64,000 bases of DNA from Auanema rhodensis. Taxonomy: Eukaryota; Animalia; Nematoda. Positions 57,301 to 64,000 of this stretch are shown piece by piece. The stretch lies in NCBI GenBank assembly GCA_964057225.1, contig OZ059900.1, positions 1,860,001-1,924,000 on the forward strand, written 5' to 3'. The notes beneath the pieces were generated by a model. It ran no database searches, was not told where the DNA came from, and saw only the letters and a list, made by a program, of their open reading frames with translations. Both the position numbers and the translations under genes were made by a program. How positions within the stretch are numbered: position 1 is the first letter of the stretch; each line of letters opens with the position of its first letter.

Positions 57301-60300
57301 TCAAAAGCATAGTTTTATTGTCTATGACAACAAAAGTCATCAATTAAATGCTAGTGATGTTTAAATACTGAATTTCGCTCAAATAGCATTACTACACTAA
57401 GTATGGTCGTTTTTATGCCTTTAACACCATATACTCACCGATTTTTGGTACAAAATCTGTAATACTCGTAAATTTTGATCATATTCGGTGAGATTCGAGA
57501 ATCAAACACACAATACACGAAATAAGTTTATTTTGACGAGTTTGCACTGGTATTTATTCATTTTGATCAAAAAAGGTCGAAAATAGAAAGAATTTTTGAA
57601 TTTTCCGAGTTTTGAGTCCAATTGGGCTAAATCGCTCATATATATGATCAAAAGCATAGTTTCACTGTCTATGATAACAAAAGTCTTCAAATATACACTA
57701 GTAATGATTAAATCACTGAATTTCACTCAAATAGCTTTACTACACTAAGTATGGTCGTTTTTATGCCTTTAACACCATATACTCACCGATTTTTGGTACA
57801 AAATCTGTAATACTCGTAAATTTTGATCATATCCGTTAAGATTCGAGAATCAAACACACAATACACGAAATAAGTTTATTTTTACGAGTTTGCACTGATA
57901 TTTATTCATTTTGATCAAAAAAGGTCGAAAATAGAAAGAATTTTTGAAATTTACGAGTTTTGAGTCTAATTTGGCTAAATCGCTCATATATATGATCAAA
58001 AGCATAGTTTTACTGTCTATGATAACAAAAGTCTTCAAATATACACTAATAATGATTGAATCACTGAATTTCACTCAAATAGCATTACTACACTAAGTAT
58101 GGTCGTTTTTATGCCTTTAACACCATATACTCACCGATTTTTGGTACAAAATCTGTAATACTCGTAAATTTTGATCATATTCGTTAAGATTCGAGAATCA
58201 AACACACAATACACGAAATAAGTTTATTTTTACAAGTTTGCACTGATATTTATTCATTTTGATCAAAAAAGGTCGAAAATAGAAAGAATTTTTGAATTTT
58301 CCGAGTTTTGAGTCCAATTGGGCTAAATCGCTCATATATATGATCAAAAGCATAGTTTCACTGTCTATGATAACAAAAGTCTTCAAATATACACTAGTAA
58401 TGATTAAATCACTGAATTTCACTCAAATAGCTTTACTACACTAAGTATGGTCGTTTTTATGCCTTTAACACCATATACTCACCGATTTTTGGTACAAAAT
58501 CTGTAATACTCGTAAATTTTGATCATATCCGTTAAGATTCGAGAATCAAACACACAATACACGAAATAAGTTTATTTTTACGAGTTTGCACTGATATTTA
58601 TTCATTTTGATCAAAAAAGGTCGAAAATAGAAAGAATTTTTGAATTTTCCGAGTTTTGAGTCCAATTGGGCTAAATCGCTCATATATATGATCAAAAGCA
58701 TAGTTTCACTGTCTATGATAACAAAAGTCTTCAAATATACACTAGTAATGATTAAATCACTGAATTTCACTCAAATAGCATTACTACACTAAGTATGGTC
58801 GTTTTTATGCCTTTAACACCATATACTCACCGATTTTTGGTACAAAATCTGTAATACTTGTAAATTTTGATCATATTCGTTAAGATTTGAGAATCAAACA
58901 CATATTACACGAAATAAGTCTTTTTTTACAAGTTTGCACTGATATTTATTCATTTTGATCAAAAAAGGTCGAAAATAGAAAGAATTTTTGAAATTTCCGA
59001 GTTTTGAGTCCAATTTGGCTAAATCGCTCATATATATGATCAAAAGCATAGTTCTATTGTCTATAACAACAAAAGTCTTTAATTAAACGCTAGTGATGTT
59101 TTAATACTGAATTTTGCTCAAATAGCATTACTACACTAAGTATGGTCGTTTTTATGCCTTTAACACCATATACTCACCGATTTTTGGTACAAAATCTGTA
59201 ATACTTGTAAATTTTGATCATATTCGTTAAGATTTGAGAATCAAACACACAATACACAAAATCAGTCAATTTTTATGAGCTTGCACTGATATATATTCAT
59301 TTTGATCAAAAAAGGTCGAAAATAGAAAGAATTTTTGAAATTTCCGAGTTTTGAGTCCAATTTGGCTAAATCGCTCATATATATGATCAAAAGCATAGTT
59401 CTATTGTCTATAACAACAAAAGTCTTTAATTAAACGCTAGTGATGTTTTAATACTGAATTTTGCTCAAATAGCATTACTACACTAAGTATGGTCGTTTTT
59501 ATGCCTTTAACACCATATACTCACCGATTTTTGGTACAAAATCTGTAATACTTGTAAATTTTGATCATATTCGTTAAGATTCGAAAATCAAACACACAAT
59601 ACACGAAATAAGTTTATTTTTACAAGTTTGCACTGATATTTATTCATTTTGATCAAAAAAGGTCGAAAATAGAAAGAATTTTTGAAATTTCCGAGTTTTG
59701 AGTCTAATTTGGCTAAATCGCTCATATATATGATCAAAAGCATAGTTTTATTGTCTATGACAACAAAAGTCATCAATTAAACGCTAGTGATGTTTAAATA
59801 CTGAATTTCGCTCAAATAGCATTACTACACTAAGTATGGTCGTTTTTATGCCTTTAACACCATATACTCACCGATTTTTGGTACAAAATCTGTAATACTC
59901 GTAAATTTTGATCATATTCGTTAAGATTTGAGAATCAAACATACAATACACAAAATCAGTCTATTTTTATGAGCTTGCACTGATATATATTCATTTTGAT
60001 CAAAAAAGGTCGAAAATAGAAAGAATTTTTGAAATTTACGAGTTTTGAGTCTAATTTGGCTAAATCGCTCATATATATGATCAGAAGCATAGTTTTATTG
60101 TCTATGACAACGAAAGTCATTAATTAAACACTAATGATGTTTAAATAACTAAATTTCGCTCAAATAGCATTACTACACTAAGTATGGTCGTTTTTATGCC
60201 TTTAACACCATATACTCACCGATTTTTGGTACAAAATCTGTAATACTCGTAAATTTTGATCATATTCGGTGAGATTCGAGAATCAAACACACAATACACG

Positions 60301-61202
60301 AAATAAGTTTATTTTGACGAGTTTGCACTGATATTTATTCATTTTGATCAAAAAAGGTCGAAAATAGAAAGAATTTTTGAATTTTCCGAGTTTTGAGTCC
60401 AATTGGGCTAAATCGCTCATATATATGATCAAAAGCATAGTTTTACTGTCTATGATAACAAAAGTCTTCAAATATACACTAATAATGTGTAAATCACTGA
60501 ATTTCACTCAAATAGCTTTACTACACTAAGTATGGTCGTTTTTATGCCTTTAACACCATATACTCAACGATTTTTGGTACAAAATCTGTAATACTCGTAA
60601 ATTTTGATCATATTCGTTAAGATTTGAGAATCAAACATACAATACACAAAATCAGTCTATTTTTATGAGCTTGCACTGATATATATTCATTTTGATCAAA
60701 AAAGGTCGAAAATAGAAAGAATTTTTGAAATTTCCGAGTTTTGAGTCTAATTTGGCTAAATCGCTCATATACATGATCAGAAGCATAGTTTTATTGTCTA
60801 TGACAACAAAAGTCATCAATTAAACGCTAGTGATGTTTAAATACTGATTTTCGCTCAAATAGCATTACTACACTAAGTATGGTCGTTTTTATGCCTTTAA
60901 CACCATATACTCACCGATTTTTGGTACAAAATCTGTGATACTCGTAAATTTTGATCATATTCGTTAAGATTTGAAAATCAAACACACAATAAACAAAATC
61001 AGTCTATTTTTATGAGTTTGCACTGATATTTATTCATTTTGATCAAAAAAGGTCGAAAATAGAAAGAATTTTTGAAATTTCCGAGTTTTGAGTCTAATTT
61101 GGCTAAATCGCTCATATATATGATCAAAAGCATAGTTTTATTGTCTATGACAACAAAAGTCATCAATTAAACGCTAGTGATGTTTAAATACTGAATTTCG
61201 CT

Positions 61203-63983
61203 CAAATAGCATTACTACACTAAGTATGGTCGTTTTTATGCCTTTAACACCATATACTCACCGATTTTTGGTACAAAATCTGTGATACTCGTAAATTTTG
61301 ATCATATTCGTTAAGATTTGAAAATCAAACACACAATAAACAAAATCAGTCTATTTTTATGAGTTTGCACTGATATATATTCATTTTGATCAAAAAAGGT
61401 CGAAAATAGAAAGAATTTTTGAAATTTCCGAGTTTTGAGTCTAATTTGGCTAAATCGCTCATATATAAGATCAAAAGCATAGTTTTACTGTCTATGATAA
61501 CAAAAGTCTTCAAATTTACACTAATAATGTGTAAATCACTGAATTTCACTCAAATAGCTTTACTACACTAAGTATGGTCGTTTTTATGCCTTTAACACCA
61601 TATACTCACCGATTTTTGGTACAAAATCTGTAATACTCGTAAATTTCGATCATATTCGTTAAGATTTGAGAATCAAACATACAATACACAAAATCAGTCT
61701 ATTTTTATGAGCTTGCACTGATATATATTCATTTTGATCAAAAAAGGTCGAAAATAGAAAGAATTTTTGAAATTTCCGAGTTTTGAGTCTAATTTGGCTA
61801 AATCGCTCATATACATGATCAGAAGCATAGTTTTATTGTCTATGACAACAAAAATCATCAATTAAACGCTAGTGATGTTTAAATACTGATTTTCGCTCAA
61901 ATAGCATTACTACACTAAGTATGGTCGTTTTTATGCCTTTAACACCATATACTCACCGATTTTTGGTACAAAATCTGTAATACTCGTAAATTTTGATCAT
62001 ATTCGTTAAGATTTGAAAATCAAACACACAATGAACAAAATCAGTCTATTTTTATGAGTTTGCACTGATATATATTCATTTTGATCAAAAAAGGTCGAAA
62101 ATAGAAAGAATTTTTGAATTTTCCGAGTTTTGAGTCCAATTGGGCTAAATCGCTCATATATATGATCAAAAGCATAGTTTTACTGTCTATGATAACAAAA
62201 GTCTTCAAATATACACTAATAATGATTAAATCACTGAATTTCACTCAAATAGCATTACTACACTAAGTATGGTCGTTTTTATGCCTTTAACACCATATAC
62301 TCACCGATTTTTGGTACAAAATCTGTGATACTCGTAAATTTTGATCATATTCGTTAAGATTTGAGAATCAAACATACAATACACAAAATCAGTCTATTTT
62401 TATGAGCTTGCACTGATATATATTCATTTTGATCAAAAAAGGTCGAAAATAGAAAGAATTTTTGAATTTTCCGAGTTTTGAGTCCAATTGGGCTAAATCG
62501 CTCATATATATGATCAAAAACATAGTTTTATTGTCTATAACAACAAAAGTCATCAATTAAACGCTAGTGATGTTTAAATACTGATTTTCGCTCAAATAGC
62601 ATTACTACACTAAGTATGGTCGTTTTTATGCCTTTAACACCATATACTCACCGATTTTTGGTACAAAATCTGTGATACTCGTAAATTTTGATCATATTCG
62701 TTAAGATTTGAAAATCAAACACACAATAAACAAAATCAGTCTATTTTTATGAGTTTGCACTGATATATATTCATTTTGATCAAAAAAGGTCGAAAATAGA
62801 AAGAATTTTTGAAATTTCCGAGTTTTGAGTCTAATTTGGCTAAATCGCTCATATATAAGATCAAAAGCATAGTTTTACTGTCTATGATAACAAAAGTCTT
62901 CAAATTTACACTAATAATGTGTAAATCACTGAATTTCACTCAAATAGCTTTACTACACTAAGTATGGTCGTTTTTATGCCTTTAACACCATATACTCACC
63001 GATTTTTGGTACAAAATCTGTAATACTCGTAAATTTCGATCATATTCGTTAAGATTTGAGAATCAAACATACAATACACAAAATCAGTCTATTTTTATGA
63101 GCTTGCACTGATATATATTCATTTTGATCAAAAAAGGTCGAAAATAGAAAGAATTTTTGAAATTTCCGAGTTTTGAGTCTAATTTGGCTAAATCGCTCAT
63201 ATACATGATCAGAAGCATAGTTTTATTGTCTATGACAACAAAAATCATCAATTAAACGCTAGTGATGTTTAAATACTGATTTTCGCTCAAATAGCATTAC
63301 TACACTAAGTATGGTCGTTTTTATGCCTTTAACACCATATACTCACCGATTTTTGGTACAAAATCTGTAATACTCGTAAATTTTGATCATATTCGTTAAG
63401 ATTTGAAAATCAAACACACAATGAACAAAATCAGTCTATTTTCATGAGTTTGCACTGATATATATTCATTTTGATCAAAAAAGGTCGAAAATAGAAAGAA
63501 TTTTTGAATTTTCCGAGTTTTGAGTCCAATTGGGCTAAATCGCTCATATATATGATCAAAAGCATAGTTTTACTGTCTATGATAACAAAAGTCTTCAAAT
63601 ATACACTAATAATGATTAAATCACTGAATTTCACTCAAATAGCATTACTACACTAAGTATGGTCGTTTTTATGCCTTTAACACCATATACTCACCGATTT
63701 TTGGTACAAAATCTGTGATACTCGTAAATTTTGATCATATTCGTTAAGATTTGAGAATCAAACATACAATACACAAAATCAGTCTATTTTTATGAGCTTG
63801 CACTGATATATATTCATTTTGATCAAAAAAGGTCGAAAATAGAAAGAATTTTTGAAATTTCCGAGTTTTGAGTCTAATTTGGCTAAATCGCTCATATATA
63901 TGATCAAAAGCATAGTTTTACTGTCTATGATAACAAAAGTCTTCAAATATACACTAATAATGATTAAATCACTGATTTTCAGT
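61203..63983. repeat. Tandem duplication of a 4-monomer (1390 bp) block
   Basis: ORF pairs 61346/62736 and 62041/63431. The private variant ATGAACAAAA occurs at 62031 and 63421. Confidence 0.85.
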
Positions 63984-64000
63984 CAAATAGCATTACTACA

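Larger units (their letters stand above)
35690..60900. repeat. Long-range segmental duplication inside the array: ~35.7-49.8 kb versus ~53.4-60.9 kb
   Basis: Shared rare SNPs at offset 17726: GATTCGGGAATC (about 36992/54718), AAGTTCATTT (38064/55790), ORFs 36669/54395 to 40820/58546. The offset then becomes 15293 (44295/59588) and 11123 (49160/60283; TCAACG 49441/60564). Confidence 0.88.
1..64000. repeat. Tandem satellite DNA array, 347/348-bp AT-rich monomer, ~184 copies, head-to-tail, extends beyond both window edges
   Basis: Marker CAAATAGCATTACTACACTAAGTATGGTCG recurs at 34, 381, 729, 1076 ... 63984. (63984-34)/184 = 347.55. The ORF track repeats at multiples of 347-348. No unique sequence or strand switch seen. 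Confidence 0.99.

Noticed and set aside
524-63634. More than 100 minus-strand ORFs of 62-74 aa (MKFSDLII.../MMTFVVID...) as a tandem small-protein gene family
   Set aside because: They are one frame of the satellite monomer. Starts are mostly non-ATG (GTG/TTG), start and stop positions vary with subtype SNPs, many monomers are frameshifted (A7) or truncated, variants are largely non-synonymous, and no domain is recognisable. Ribo-seq or dN/dS well below 1 would be needed to revive this.
34-63983. CRISPR-like array (invariant core as repeat, variable part as spacer)
   Set aside because: The intervening sequences are homologous to each other rather than unique, the period of 348 bp is far too long, and there are no cas genes.

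Overview
The whole 64 kb window is one uninterrupted, head-to-tail, single-orientation satellite DNA array. It holds 184 complete monomers of 347-348 bp between the phase marker CAAATAGCATTACTACAC at 34 and at 63984 (mean 347.55 bp; about 28-29% GC by hand count of one monomer). I found no genes, RNA genes, transposon insertions, inversions or CRISPR arrays. All ORFs in the track are the same minus-strand reading frame repeated once per monomer. The array looks like eukaryotic centromeric or pericentromeric heterochromatin, but I cannot name the family or organism from sequence alone. The interesting content is architectural. (i) The monomer looks like a degenerate dimer of ~170 and ~178 bp halves. 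(ii) Three TGATCA sites sit in near-dyad symmetry. (iii) A ~80 bp core is almost invariant. (iv) Monomer subtypes are modular (left and right haplotypes) and follow a loosely kept 7-mer higher-order repeat (HOR) order with 3- to 11-mer derivatives. (v) Nested duplications can be reconstructed, including a 32-monomer (11,123 bp) period that expanded to 51 monomers. (vi) Subtype-defining SNPs are strongly concentrated at CpG sites. I do not see evidence for a novel protein-coding system.
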